A DNA stretch of 64,000 nucleotides, taken from positions 15,623,375 to 15,687,374 of the forward strand of contig OZ316897.1 in NCBI GenBank assembly GCA_973895155.1. The letters are read 5' to 3'. Each line of letters starts with the position of its first letter. The first letter of the stretch is position 1. Source of the stretch: Marsupella aquatica (taxonomy: Eukaryota > Plantae > Marchantiophyta). Of the stretch, positions 28,106 through 41,717 are shown in pieces. The translations under genes were made by a program, and so were the position numbers. The notes beneath the pieces are model-generated. The model ran no database searches. It was given only the letters and a program-made list of their open reading frames with translations, and was not told where the DNA came from.

Positions 28106-30811
28106 ATTCTCCAGAAAAGGGTCCCTGTCGAGCAGAAATACTGCAAGCCAGAGCTTCTGGATAATATTAATATACGGTGACCCTCATATCCATTTCGTCC
28201 TATCTTTCGAGGTAGGGCTCCTCGGATGATATTGTAAGAAAACCTGAACAGCTTTTGCCTGCGCGTAGCCACATACAAAAACTGCCGTTCGACATCCTAT
28301 GTTAACCGCATATCGGATCAGTCTGGCTATTACATACACTAAACATGATTTCTAGGTAATTGATAATCTGGTTCAATACTACCTATGCTCGTTCTACGAG
28401 GTCCAAAACAATAAACGATGGAAACTACTTCTGGAGTGCAAGCTCCCATTGGAATATTTCTACATTCAAGCAAACAGCAATCGCAGAAGCCTCACGGAAC
28501 TACAAATGAATCCTGATAGGGAAAATGACCACCTCATATCACAGACTGCGACCGCTAATTGGGCTAGCAGGGATCGTACGCCCTGGTATGTAAAACGTGA
28601 GATAGACAATACACTGGGAAGTGAGAATGATTTACAATTTTGCATGGAGACACGAACTACAACTCACAGCCACACACCAAAATCCACCAAACAGCAAGAC
28701 GAGTAGTTCCCACGGGCGATCCCATTCACAGCAGTGGACCAGTAAAGCACAGATTGGAACAGCAAACACACCCCGAACTCCACCAAACAGCAAGATTAGC
28801 CGTTCCCAAGGTTCACAGCAGTAGACCTGAAGGGAATAGCAACGATCGATCCTCTCAAAATAATGGGGTAAAATAAAAACAAGCAGCTTAGCTGGCCCAG
28901 ACCTGCCAAGAAGTGCTCTCTTTCCTCGAGTTAAGAGAGTGGCTATGCTTTGAAACTCATATGTGGACAAATTCCAGGCAGAAGCCGAGAACAAGATTGT
29001 AATTTGGCTCTCAAAAGCTTCAATCAAAACGCAGCTCAGGAGACCATTTTGCCTGTGAAAAGCTTCACCGAAAGCCAAGGCAATAAATTCGTCAACCGCA
29101 GAAAATTTGAAACGTACGGAGAGATTTCACCGAGAGGAGAAATTCGTCCAGAGCAGCTTTATAAGTCCAGACGTACATTTGAGGTGGTAGTAATTTGGCT
29201 CTCCAAGCTTGATTTAAACACAGCAGCAGACAAGCAGAGAATACATTTGTCCATAGCAGCCAAGAAGTGAATTGATTCAGCCTGAAAATTAGTCCACATA
29301 GAAAGTGATTACAATGCTCCCCCAATTCTCTTGTAGAGAGATCGAACCAGTTTGCACAGAAAAAGCACAAGACGGAGGCGAATGGGAGAAGAAACCATCA
29401 GAATTGTGGCTACTGTAGATCAGCAACAGTAGCCCGGTAGACAATGAATACATGGATTAAACGATGAAATTGCGTTGCAGTGAGTCCACAACTAAGTCAT
29501 GCTAGTCAGGCAAAGGTCAACTTCAGCATCGTAGAAGGACTGGCGAAGTTATATGGTTTAGGGCTCAACTGATTGATCGAAACTGAATAAGTTGTTTCGA
29601 AATTGATTTAGGAAACCCAATCAATTAGACTTATACCAATGAAACTATTCGAGTGATTGAAATTGCATCAGCACTGACATCAGGCCCGTTTGATCTTTCC
29701 ATTTCAACAAAAGTACCACGAAATTGAGATGCTGAGTACCCAACGCTGGTCAGATAGGAAAAGTTTCGAAAGAATCTGAATTTGAAATCAATGCACTGGT
29801 GTTTTTCGAAACCCTCAAAATGTGGACGAATGAAGGACAGTGACCAGAAGCTTAGAACTAAATGGAAGAGAATCCATAGCATAACGAAGCACTTGCACTG
29901 CAGAGGGGAAACCCTCAGGGAAAAATGTACGTGCCTCAAGGCTGTGACGTCGTGGGTCCCCTCAAAATGTTCCACTGTCGGCGATGAAAGCATCCACTCT
30001 CGTCCAGGAAATAATCTCCTCCGATCAATCATGAAACCTTCCACACTAGACCAGGAAACAAGTAGAAAATTGTCGAACTGGTTGCAATCAACAATGCTTG
30101 ACAAAATCCTCTCTTGGGCCCTGGTCTCCGGAGCTCATCACCTTCAAGAGCTGTGCCTCCAACAGTCTGGTACAGAAAACATCGAGACGGGGACGAAAAG
30201 ATGTTTCCTTGATCACGCAAAATCCCTCAAAACAGCGATTTGCAGTCACGAGCGAGCCACCACATTCCCTGCAACCCCTAAATTGTAATTTCCAACGAGC
30301 TTCAGAGCACTGCCACCGGGTAGCAACCCAAAATCACAATCCCGTCGGAGCCGAGCAGGAGCTGTGAGCTAAAGACCGAGCGGCACCTCGCAGCAGCTCT
30401 CAGCCAAGTACCAAACATCAGATTGCACATCGATCTGAACCGGATCAGCGCTTGCCAGGCAGAGCACAGACGAGCTGGAACCGATCATAGACGAGAGCAG
30501 CAGTCCAGCAGTAACCAGCACTGCTTTCCGAGGCCATTATTAGTCAATGGAAATCGTGTCGTTTGCGGGCTTCGTTCCTTGAAGTGAGAGTAGCTGAGCT
30601 TTTTTTCCCTGGGTGTTTTGTGGTGACTTTCTCGTGCCATCTTCGTTGACCCGGCGTCGTGCTCAGACGGAAGGGTTGCCTGCCCGTGGGACCCCGGACG
30701 GCGAAATGCTGGGACGGGCATCGATTTTGGATCCCCGTGAGCGGCAACACCCGTGGGCCCGACCCGTCCCGTCCCGTCCTGTCCATGTACAGTAGCTTGT
30801 GCCATATATTA

Positions 30812-31122
30812 GGGCGTCTCAACCCTGCACGTTCTAGGATTCCTTCCGGTCACCCGGATGTCTCTAATCGCCGCCCGATATTGAACACCGGTACCCAAAA
30901 TCGGGTCCCAAAAAACTGGGGGTCTGAACTTTACCTCGCACCTCAAAGGAGTCCCGGCACGGGTTAGACCTGGGTTTTTCCAAAGAAAAATTGTAATAAA
31001 AAAAACCCGGGAAAAACTTTACGGTCACCAAATCGGTGGGCCGACCACCTGATCCGGGCGGCCCGCGACTGTGAAATCCCGGGTGCCATTCGGAATTCCA
31101 AATGCTTAAGTTTGAGACGCCC
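30812..31122. mobile_element. MITE of ~311 bp (PIF/Harbinger-Tourist-like) with GGGCGTCTCAA TIRs
   Basis: TTA|GGGCGTCTCAA ... TTGAGACGCCC|TAT; perfect 11-bp TIR flanked by TA on both sides. Orphan ends of the same TIR occur at 21894-21904, 22950, 23007, 31161 and 60237. Confidence 0.8.
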
Positions 31123-31160
31123 TATTTGATATATTTCCATTTCGGAAGGCTCTATTTTTA

Positions 31161-31570
31161 GGGCGTCTCAAAACTTCATAGTTGTAGCTGACGATTTGGG
31201 ACATAAACAAATGATCACAAGAAGGCTCTATTAATAGGGCCTCTCGAATCCTCATAGTAGGAGATGATGATTGGGGCATACAAAAATTGTCGTGGATTTT
31301 TTAACACAAGGTTAGATGGTGATTTTGGGCATAAACAAATGATCGTAGCTTTTTCAGAGGGTTGTGTAAACTTCATGTTGTAGATGATGATTTTGGGGAT
31401 TGACATATGATCATTGCTTTCCCACCGGTTTAGATGATTATTTTGGCATAATCATATGATCATAGCTTTTTCACAGGGTTATGTAAACTTCATGTTGTAG
31501 ATGATGATTTTGGCATAAATAGGTTTATCCTAGCTTTTTGGCGGGGTTAGTTGATGATTTTGAGTATGTG
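31161..31570. repeat. Degenerate ~57-bp tandem array (TAGATGATGATTTTGGGCATAAACAAATGATC) starting at an orphan MITE TIR
   Basis: About 7 decayed units follow TTA|GGGCGTCTCAAA at 31161. Confidence 0.75.
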
Positions 31571-32305
31571 AACAAGTGAGATAACAGAAATGGGACCCTA
31601 AAACTTGGGCCTTTAGGACTAGGTTCCATGGGCCAGGGGTAGGGAATATTATCACTCCCTCTGACCACCCCTGGGCCCCAAATACACCATACGCCAATGT
31701 GTACATAGTATCTTAAATGTATGATGTTTGACTTTACAGCCAATGAGAATGCAATGTACTGTCACTCCACAAGGGCAGGGGTGGCCCCTAGAGTTTAACA
31801 GGGAGTGTAAGGCAAAATCATACTCCCTACTATCATATTTGTACACTCCTCAGTCCCTGGAAAAGCTGTGATCTTATTGGCTCAAACATGTTAACACACA
31901 TGATTGTGCACTCCTCACTCCCAGCCTCATGGAACCTTGCCCTTAAGGCAGGGTAAGGTACTCACAAATAATGGTAGTAATATTCCTGCATCTGTGTGAA
32001 AAAACATAACCTGCAACAGAAAATAGAGAGGGTCCAAATATTTGGTCTTATGTTTCCAAATAGTAAAACATAAGACCAATAATAGAAGACCTTAAGTACT
32101 ACGTCAAGATTACCAACCCAAAAAGCTAACCCAAAAAGCTATGGACTGTCAAGTTCATAATACATAACTTAGCTAATTGACATAAAGAATGATCACATGT
32201 CAACCTAAGATGACAACATATGTCAAAAATATCATGCATGATCATTATTCAACATACGTAACATCTCATTCTTTTTCCCACCCACATACATCTTTGTGGG
32301 GCCAT

Positions 32306-32489
32306 GAGTCATGGGTCTAGAGGCTTCACTGTATCAGCCTAGTGACCCCAACTCTGATTGTCATCTTACTATACAAGCGTCAACTAGAAGCCTATACCCC
32401 AACTCTGATTATCATCTTATTGTAAAAGTGGCAACTGAAGGCTACTTTTTAGGGCCTTTGTCTAGAGTGAAGCCTCTAGACCATAACTC
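32306..32489. mobile_element. Small foldback/MITE (~185 bp), TIR approx. GAGT(C/T)ATGGTCTAGAGGCTTCACT
   Basis: Left GAGTCATGGGTCTAGAGGCTTCACTGT; right AGAGTGAAGCCTCTAGACCATAACTC. Internal ~53-bp duplication. The same TIR occurs twice in direct orientation at 61793-61917. No clear TSD. Confidence 0.65.
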
Positions 32490-34687
32490 CCAGTACAGAC
32501 AAAAGTTCAATAAGGTCAAAAAAAATTATGAGAATGGACAAAAGTGACATTGACTCTAAATAAAGATAAAATTGAAATGTGGATGGACAAAAAACAAGGA
32601 TGGGGCAAAGACTAACCAACATAGCATATAAATTTTATTGCAAGATTTTTCTTCATATCTATTTATGTTCAAAGAACTGTTCATGGGGCTAGTTTATTAG
32701 TAAGATGGACCTCAGGCAATGTAGAGGCCAATAAAAGAACCAATTGGGAAATCTCTTTTACTTTGCGAAATCTCTTTTACTTTACCATCTCGTAGAAAAG
32801 TTATGGCCATTCATCATCCATAACTTTTTGCCATAAAAAATGATCGTGTGCCATGCACCTTGGTCATCGTAGAGGCTACGCAAGAAAAACAATTTTACAC
32901 AACCATCTTGTCAAAGAGTTCTGGCCATTTCTTATGGCTCCCCTGAGGATGAAACTTTGAAACCAAAAATCTGAAAAACACTTTTACACAAATCCTACTC
33001 TTAAAAGTTATGGTCAAAAGCGATCACACCTAACAAAGAAACTTTTGTGAAGTCCTATTGCCCCATTATGATCCTAGTTGTCGTCGATCTACTTATGTGT
33101 GAAACTAAGGATCACCCAGGAAGTTTTAGCCAATTTTGGAAGATTCCAAGAATCTCTATAATCCAAATTAATAGGGGTAAAAGTTCACCATTTTTGGGTG
33201 CTTAATACTTAGAAACATCACAGGTGATGTGGGGGCACCCCCAAGGTATTGCATGGGATAATGCCTCCGATATTGCATGCATGTGCAGATTCTTAACCCC
33301 TGATAATTTGTCCATAGTCACGTATCTTGCTACCAAAGTAATCACATATAGGATAATCAAGGTCTGCATGGGGGTCACTAGGCTATATACCTCCATTGGA
33401 AAAATGAGAACAAACTGGCTGACTCATTCTTCTCAATTATGTTAGTGTTTTAGTGACCAAGTATTAGACTCTTAACCTTAGTCTCCACCATATAGCATGT
33501 TTGTTCTAAGACAACTGTTTTGCCTTATTGACAATAATGTCAATTGTACCCTATGTAAACTACCAATTAATTTAAATAGTTTATCAAATAGCAACTATAG
33601 CATCGTATCCAAGTTATTAAAACAATGCTTCAAAGAAATCAATGGAATAAAGATGCACACCTTCAAAGGAGATATAAGCTTGATGGCCCCCTAGTGAACC
33701 TTACTTGATGGGCCCCTAGGTAACTTTCTTATCTAATAGGCCCCCCTAGGTGATTTTTCTTATCGAATAGGCCCCTTGTCAGTATTTTCCATCAGATGTT
33801 CTTATCACAGGCACTATAACAAGTTTTTCCTTCCTGGAGTGACCAACCACGTTTTCCACAAAGACACCATGACTCTAGGCAAACTGCACGGTTGGACCGT
33901 GCGGTCGACTGAGAAACGACAGAGATTATTCGGGAGAAACCATGAAAAGCAGCTATCATATCGAAACTGTGTTTTGAAGACAATAATTATGCATTATGTC
34001 TTCGGATTCAAAATTTGACCAATCACAGATAGTCATTAGGTTTGCTTGTACCGGTCTTTCGTGAATGTTGGACCGTGCAGGAGGCCACCCCTACATGGTC
34101 AAAGAAACATGTGGGAGAAACAGGTGAAACCATGGAGATGATGTGGGAGAACTGCGAAAAGCGGCCGCCGCTGCCCAAACCGCGACTTGAATACAATATG
34201 GATTATGTCTTTGGGTTCAAATGTTTACCATATCGCGGGGTAGTCATTAGGTATGCTTTTCACACGGTGCACACAGGTTTTTCACAATGTTTTCATGCGC
34301 AACTGTAAGCGTCAGTGCAAAATACCTCCAAATGTCCACAGTGAATATTCAAGTTCAATGTTCGGAATTCCCCCACTACCACCATGACAAAAATTGACAA
34401 ATGATTAACAAATGTGCTCAAAAAATGGTGATACTCCCTGCACAATGCATACAAACAATTCCAAAAGAAGACAGAACTGAAGGTGTCAAATACACTCAAA
34501 CCCCAAACCTTGAAACAGGGGAAGACATAATTCATTGTGTCTTCAAGCATTAACCCGTCGAATCCTGTGGTAATGACATTGTTGCCTGTGTCGATGAACC
34601 ACGGTAGACTACGGTGACCTGTGTGGTGGGGCCCTGGGAGCACAATGCACTACAAGGCAATGGTTGTGGTTAACTGTACTTAGTAGG

Positions 34688-35295
34688 TGTTAAGGATTGC
34701 TCTTAGTCTTGTGACTCAAAGGTTACGGCACTTAGGCTAACCACAGTTAGGGTCTTAGCTGAGGTTAGGTTAGTCGTGTGTGACCTTGTATATACCAGGG
34801 CTAGTGTAAGCTGTTGGTGTGTGGTGCTTACTCATTGTAACGGAGCAACTTGAGGAAGAGGGAGAGCATGTGTGTTCGTCTACTCTTGAAGTAAAGCTTG
34901 AATGTTCGTGTGGACGTAGCCTTGGAGAAGAGGTGAACCACGTAGAGATTGTGTTGACTATGTGTGCATGGATTGCTCTTAGTCTTGTGACTCAAAGGTT
35001 ACGGCACTTAGGCTAACCACAGTTAGGATCTTAGCTGAGGTTAGATTAGTCGTGTGTGACCTTGTATATACCAGGGCTAGTGTAAGCCGCTGGTGTGTGG
35101 TGCTTACTCAATGTAACGGAGCAACTTGAGGAAGAGGGAGAGCATGTGTGTTCGTCTACTCTTGAAGTAAAGCTTGAATGTTCGTGTGGACGTAGCCTTG
35201 GAGAAGAGGTGAACCACATAGAGATTATGTCGACTATGTGTGCATGGAATGAGTCATGGTTGTATGGTCATTGCGAATGACGTCATAGTTCAACA
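34688..35295 (+). repeat. 5' LTR (608 bp = 332-bp LTR plus an internal 276-bp tandem duplication)
   Basis: GGATTGCTCTTAGTC...TGTGTGCAT occurs at 34694-34969 and again at 34970-35245. Confidence 0.95.
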
Positions 35296-35297
35296 AT

Positions 35298-35309
35298 TGG
35301 TATCAGAGC
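35298..35309 (+). promoter_or_regulatory. Primer-binding site complementary to the 3' end of initiator tRNA-Met
   Basis: TGGTATCAGAGC, 2 nt after the LTR-terminal CA. Confidence 0.95.
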
Positions 35310-37068
35310 AAGCCTGGAAGGTGACGTTGAGGTGATCAAAAATTTTGTGACGTGTTGATGATGGTTTTTCCAGCGGTTAGAGTCGGTGGATTTCATAGAG
35401 TTTCGTCGCATGGAACTTGGAGGTATTGGGCTCAACGGATAGATTGGGGCAAGGGCTTTCCAACGGTGAAAAGAAATCTCTGAACGGAGTTTGTGGTGCG
35501 GAGGAATTCACGTTTCCATCGTTCTAGATTTTTTGTGATTCGTATTCAACGGTTTTCTTCGACGGTTCTTTCAGGGGGACCTAAGATCATTTACTCAACG
35601 GTGTGAGCTTTGTGGTGCACAAGGTGACGCATACTATAGCTCAAATCGTAGATCGGGTGTTTTTGACTGGCTATGGAGTCTTCTTTTGACTGAAGCGGGA
35701 TTTCTTATCGTTGCGTCCGACTCGAAGGAAGAAACGCAAAGTGCAACGGCTCAATGGGGAGATTGCGGTGCAGTGGTCATTTTGAGTCCGAGATTGACAC
35801 TTGACGCAGAGTGAAGGAGTCGTGACGAGAAGTTTCTACTCTGCTAGAGTTGCAGACGGCACCGGTCAAATTCGGCAATTTTTTCCCGTTGGTGGCGTTC
35901 ACTTTCCTCGTGTAATCGGCAACTATTTAAGGTGTGTTCTCGGGCAAAATTATTTTGAGGGGCCGTTATTTGGTTTTAAAGGGGTTTTTTAACCCTTGTG
36001 TGTTTATACACACCATCGTGTGTATATACACACGACCGTGTGTATCAACACACGGTGTACCCCCTCTCGGCCCCGACGACCACCTCCTCCCCTCCTCCAC
36101 GCAACTACGCGCGCCGCGGCCGTCCCATCGATAGACGGCTTTTTCCTACCGCTCCCCGTAAACCAGCCCTTCGGCTGCTCGTAAGTCGCAGCCGCGACTA
36201 AGTTTCCTCCCCCCTTGTCCTTTGCATCCCATTTACCTCCGACCCCATTTTTTCCTTGGCTGCCGCTTTGCGGCATACATTTTTATTCTCGATCGGCCCT
36301 CCTCACCAGTACGCAGGCATTGCGGCTGCCGATATGCCCTCGTACACTGCCTGGCCTCAACCCCCGCGCGTACACTGCTTGGCCTTGACTCCCATGCGTA
36401 CACTATCTGGCCCGTCACGCGTATAGGCACCTTTTAAGACAGTATTTTTGTTAAGGGGCTTAGCACCCCCTTTAGGCCCGGTTTTTAAACATTCTATTTC
36501 AGGTTTCTTATTGGATGTGCCACTTTTCGGGACCTGCCGCCCTCCAAATTAATCGCTCCAACAGGGGGAACGGCCCCCTGTGAGACCTGCCGCACAGTCC
36601 AAGGAATATTCCAAAAAAACATAGAGTTATTTTTTGGCCTTTAGTCAAAGATTCCAAGGTCCGAACGGTAACTTTTTTTGGATCTTTTTTGGCAAGAATG
36701 TAGCCACTGAAGCTAGCAACACGGTGCACCACTTGATTTGAAATTCCGACAATAGGTGGTACTTGGAATTTTTCTTATTCCCCAAGGTGGCCAAAATGGG
36801 GGAGAATTTTTGAGTTTTACCCACCCCGACCAAAATGTGAAAAAGTTTTTTGTCGCAACTCGGTTTCGATTTTGGATTTTAGCGTTGGCTTGCTAGCTTG
36901 GTGGGCTATGTGGCGGTGACAAGTTTCAAGATTTTAGGAAAGTTGCGAAAAACGACATTTTTTTGTGATTTGGATTTGAGTCAACAAGAAGGAAGGAAGG
37001 AAAAAAGTAACAAAAGCATATTGGGAGCAGCACAGCAATAGCACTTGGAGAACGTTGGGAGGGCAATA

Positions 37069-40000
37069 ATGGCATCCAAGTTTTGAGGTGTCAAGTTTGA
37101 GGTAGAAAAGTATGATGGGCGCACAGATTATTTGCTATGGGAGAAGCAGGTTAAGAGAATTCTTCGTGCTATGGGCCTAGATCATCTACTATTGACTCGG
37201 GAGGAGTCTAGCAGTGAGGAGGAGATCCCATTGAGGAAATGGAGGCAAGAGCAAGTGATAGCTGTGAATGCGGTTATGCTGTATCTGAAGCTGCATATCA
37301 TTAAAAAGCTGGACGATTACGAGGATTGCGTATCCTTATTTAAGGCCCTTAGAGAGAAGTACTACCGCGAGGATGCCTCAGATCGGTTGTACAAGAAATC
37401 TCTCTTGATGAGCTTGAGACTAAAAGAATGAGGCAAGCTTTGAGATCACTTGGATGAATTCGACAGCCTAGCTGTAGATTTGTCAAATTTTGGCAAGGGA
37501 GTGGAAGATGAAAATAAGGCATTGCTTCTTCTCAGCTCTTTACCCCCATCGTATCAAGGTTTGAAACAGGTTCTCTTATATAGAGACCTCAAAACCATTT
37601 CATATGATGAGGTGGTAAGCTCTTTGCTGTCAGATGATGCACAGAAGAAACTGGGTTATACCCAGACACCATCTTCATCTGGCAGTGTGTTGAATGTGAA
37701 CCGCGGGAGGACTCAACAACAGATGACTAGTGAAAACAAGTCCTTTTCACAATCATACCCTCACAAAATAGAGGCAAAGAGAAGACTTGGTCTAAGTCTA
37801 GATCCAGGTCTAGAGAGAAATCTCTAGAAAGGAAACCGATTATATGCTGGAAATGTAACAAGCCCGACCACATGAAAAGAGACTGTCGAGTCAAGCAGAC
37901 TCATCAACCATCAGCAAACGCAGCCATTGATGTTGATATGATTGACTTGCTTGATGATAAAATCTTGTGAAGTCAAGATGTTGCCCTTTGCATTTCATCC
38001 ACTAACAACGGTGATGAATGGATCTTAGATTGTGCCTGTACATATCATATTTGTTGTATGAAAGAGTTTTTTAGTTCTTACTCAGTATCAACCGGTGCCG
38101 TGTTGATGGGGAATGATCATCCTTGTCAAATTGTTGGAATTGGATCCGTGAAAATTCGGATGTTTGATGGAGCTGTGCGAACAGTGAGTAATGTCAGACA
38201 CATACCTGACATGAAAAAGAACTTGATTTCTCTTGGAATGCTGGAAGCAAATGGATGTCGGTGGAGTTCTGCTGATGGTATTCTTCAAGTATCAACCGGA
38301 GGCAAGGTTGTCATAAAGGGTAAGCGACACAGGAATCTATACTTGTTGGAGGGCAACATGATTTGTGAAGAAGCCAATGTAACTAGATCTCAAGGTGAGA
38401 TAACTCAGTTGTGGCACGACAGATTGGGACACATGAGTGAAAAAGGTTCGGCGGTACTTTGCAGGAAAGGACTTCTTTCTAATTTGGAATCTACTAAGTT
38501 AGATTTTTGTGAACACTGTGTGCTTGGGAAACAGCACAGGAGAACCTTTGGTGTTGGAACTCACAATACCAAAGCTATACTTGAGTATATACATAGTGAT
38601 GTGTGGGGTCCAGCCCCAACTCCCTCACTTTCTGGAAAATTATACTATGCACGTTCATTGATGATTACTCACGGTATGTGTGGATCACATTTCTACACGC
38701 CAAGTCTGAAGTTTTTGGCATTTTTAAGAATTGGAAAGCCCAGGTTGAGAATCAGACTGGATCCAAGGTGAGATATCTGCGATCAGATAACGACGGGGAA
38801 TACAATTCAAGTGAATTTGAACTGCACTATGCAGAGCAAGGGATTAATTGTCATCTCACGATAGTTTATACTCTTCAACATAATGGTGTTTGTGAGCGGC
38901 TGAACCGAACACTATTCGAGCGATCGAGGAGTATGTTGAGCCAATCAGGTTTACCGCATGAATTTTGGGTTGAAACTGTAAATACGGCAACTTATTTGGT
39001 AAATCTTTCTCCTTCAAGTGCAATCAATTTCAAGACGCCATTTGAAATGAGGTATGGACGGCACGCAGACTATCAAGTTTTGAGAGTCTTTGGCAGTGAT
39101 GCATATGCTCTAGATTCTACTTCCAAGAAGTGTCTTTTTCTTGGTTATCAACCAGGTTTAAAGGCTTACAGGCTATGGGATCCAGAAGCTTGTACGTTAC
39201 TTGTCAGTAGAGATATATCCTTTAATAAATCCAGATCATCAAAGGAGGGGAAGAATGCTCAGACTTCCCGTACTAACAAAGGTAAATCTCCTATCTTGGA
39301 CCATGTTGAGGGGGAGATTGGTCATGAGAGTTTTTATGAAATAGTTGAAGGAGGTGCTCTGATAATGGAGCTGGTTCCGATGATAGAACAAGAGGAGCAA
39401 GTTGTTGTTGGAATACCTCAAAATCAACCAATAGAGCAAGATCAGCCAGAATCATCAGTTAGAAAATCAAGGCAAACTACTCAAGCTCCTACAAGGTATG
39501 GACAATGGACATATTCATCAAGGTTAGATGATGCTGACATTGCACCTGATGATGATAACAAAGCATTGATCTCGGGACTGATCTTGGAAGAAGGAGAACC
39601 GTCTTTATATCATGAGGCAAGCATTTCAGACGAGAAAGATGAATGGAATGCAGCTATGCAGAGGAAGTTACAATCTTTAAGTGACAACAAAACATGGGAG
39701 CTGGTGCAGCTGCCAAGTGATCAACAAGTGGTGGATAGCAAGTGGATTTACAAGATGAAGGACAACTCTTCAGATGGAGGAGACAAGATATACAAGGCAA
39801 GGCTTGTTGCCAAGGGATTCATTCAGGAGAAGGGAGTGGATTACAACGAGGTCTTCTCTCCAGTTGCCAAGTATTCCACGATACGAATTTTGTGTCAACT
39901 TGTTGTGTTTTTTGATCTGGTGTTAGATCAAATGGATGTTGTTACTGCTTTTCTCTATGGCACCTTGGAGGAACAAATTTTCATGAGGCAACCACCGGGC

Positions 40001-41178
40001 TTTGTGAAGAAGGGTCAAGAGAGTTTAGTTTGCAAGTTACTTAAGTCCTTGTATGGATTGAAGCAAGCTCCTCGATAGTGGAACAAGCGGTTTGATGATT
40101 TCATGCTTGCACAAAGATTCACTAGGATGGTGTATGACCCTTGTGTGTATACAAAATTAGTCAAGAATGGTGTGTTTGGTTTGCTCATTCTGGTGCTTTA
40201 TGTGGATGACATGTTGATTGCGGCTAAGGATCAAACTGAGGTTGACAAAATCAAAGCAAAATTGAGTTTTGAATTCCAAATGAAGGATCTTGGGAAAGCC
40301 AAGAGGATCTTAGGTATGGAGATTACGAGGAACTTTGAAACTGGATAGTTGTGACTAAATCAAGGCAAGTATGCTAAAAGGTACTTGCAAGATTCAACAT
40401 GGAAAATTGTAAGCCAGTGAGTATTCCTTTGGCTCCACATTTCAAGTTATCATCGGCTTTCTGCCCCACGGATCCAGTGGAGAGAGGCTTAATAACTAAG
40501 GTTCCTTATGAGAAGGCAGTGGGCAGTCTAATGTATTTGATGACATGTACCAAGCCTGATATAGCCCTAGCAATGGGCAAAGTGAGTAGATTCATGTCAA
40601 ATCCAGGGAAGGTACATTGGGAGGCTGTGAAACGGATTCTCAGGTATCTTAAGGGCACAATAGACTATGGTCTGTTGTTTGATAGTAGATCAAACAAAAC
40701 CAAATCTTTGGTTGACTATGTAGATTCTGACTACGGAGGCTGTCTGGAAACAAGGAGATCAACGACTGGGTATGTGTTTACTCTTGGAGGAGGATGCATA
40801 AGTTGGAGATCTACCTTGCAAAAGTGTGTATCTCAGTCTACTACAGAAACATAATATGTTGCAGCAGCAGAAGCAGCAAAGGAAGCAATTTGGTTGGATA
40901 AGCTAGTCATTGAGATGGGATTGGAGCATGGAAAAATGGCTGTTCATTGTGACAGCCAGAGTGCGCTTCACCTAGCTATTAACCAGGTTATGGATAGCAG
41001 GGTGAAGCACATTGACATCAGATACCATTTTATTAGGCAAGCAGTGTCTGATAAAATGTTTGAGCTAGTCAAGATTGATGGAAAGCTTAACCCGGCTGAT
41101 GCTTTTACCAAAGTGATTCCTTTGGAGAGTTACTCAAGGCACCGTGCTACTTTGCAAGTTTTGCATTTGCAGCACTAG
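37069..41178 (+). pseudogene. Copia gag-pol polyprotein pseudogene
   Basis: Gag KFEVEKYDG; zinc knuckle CWKCNKPDHMKRDC; protease WILDCACTYH; IN HHCC (WHDRLGHMS...FCEHC) and DDE (HSDVWG, SDNDGEY, ERLNRTL); [26 protein letters not shown]; RNase H DYVDSDYGG, KHIDIRYHF. Several in-frame stops and frameshifts. Confidence 0.95.
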
Positions 41179-41385
41179 GAGAGTAACTTAACAATATATA
41201 ATTTATGTATATGGGTTACTCAATCCTGTTATGGCTATGGTTTAATTCTAGTTAACCCTTAGTTAACCTTAAATGGTTTTTAGGGGGACACCTATGGTTT
41301 TAGATGATTGTCTAGAATTTCCCGTTGAGTATCTCATATGGATAGCAGAAATTGCAGTCCCCAAGACTAGAGTCAAGGGGGAGTT

Positions 41386-41717
41386 TATTAAGGATTGCTC
41401 TTAGTCTTGTGACTCAAAGGTTACGGCACTTAGGCTAACCATAGTTAGGGTCTGAGCTGAGGTTAGGTTAGTCATGTGTGACCTTGTATATACCAGGGCT
41501 AGTGTAAGCCGTTGGTGTGTGGTGCTTACTCATTGTAACGGAGCAACTTGAGGAAGAGGGAGAGCATGTGTGTTCGTCTACTCTTGAAGTAAAGCTTGAA
41601 TGTTTATGTGGACGTAGCCTTGGAGAAGAGGTGAACCACGTAGAGATTGTGTCGACTATGTGTGCATGGAATGAGTCATGATTGTATGGTCATTGCGAAT
41701 GACGTCATAGTTCAACA
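41386..41717 (+). repeat. 3' LTR (332 bp)
   Basis: Follows the PPT; about 96-97% identical by eye to each 5' LTR unit. Confidence 0.95.

Larger units (their letters stand above)
34688..41717 (+). mobile_element. Full-length Ty1/copia LTR retrotransposon (Tnt1/Tork-like), non-functional
   Basis: 5-bp TSD GTAGG at 34683-34687 and 41718-41722. 5' LTR TG...CA 34688-35295. PBS TGGTATCAGAGC at 35298-35309. PPT AGTCAAGGGGGAG at 41371-41383. 3' LTR 41386-41717 (TG mutated to TA). Domain order gag-PR-IN-RT-RH. Confidence 0.97.

Noticed and set aside
29631-30367. 157-168 aa ORFs on both strands
   Set aside because: No motifs or splice-supported gene structure; probably the 5' UTR intron region of the MFS gene.
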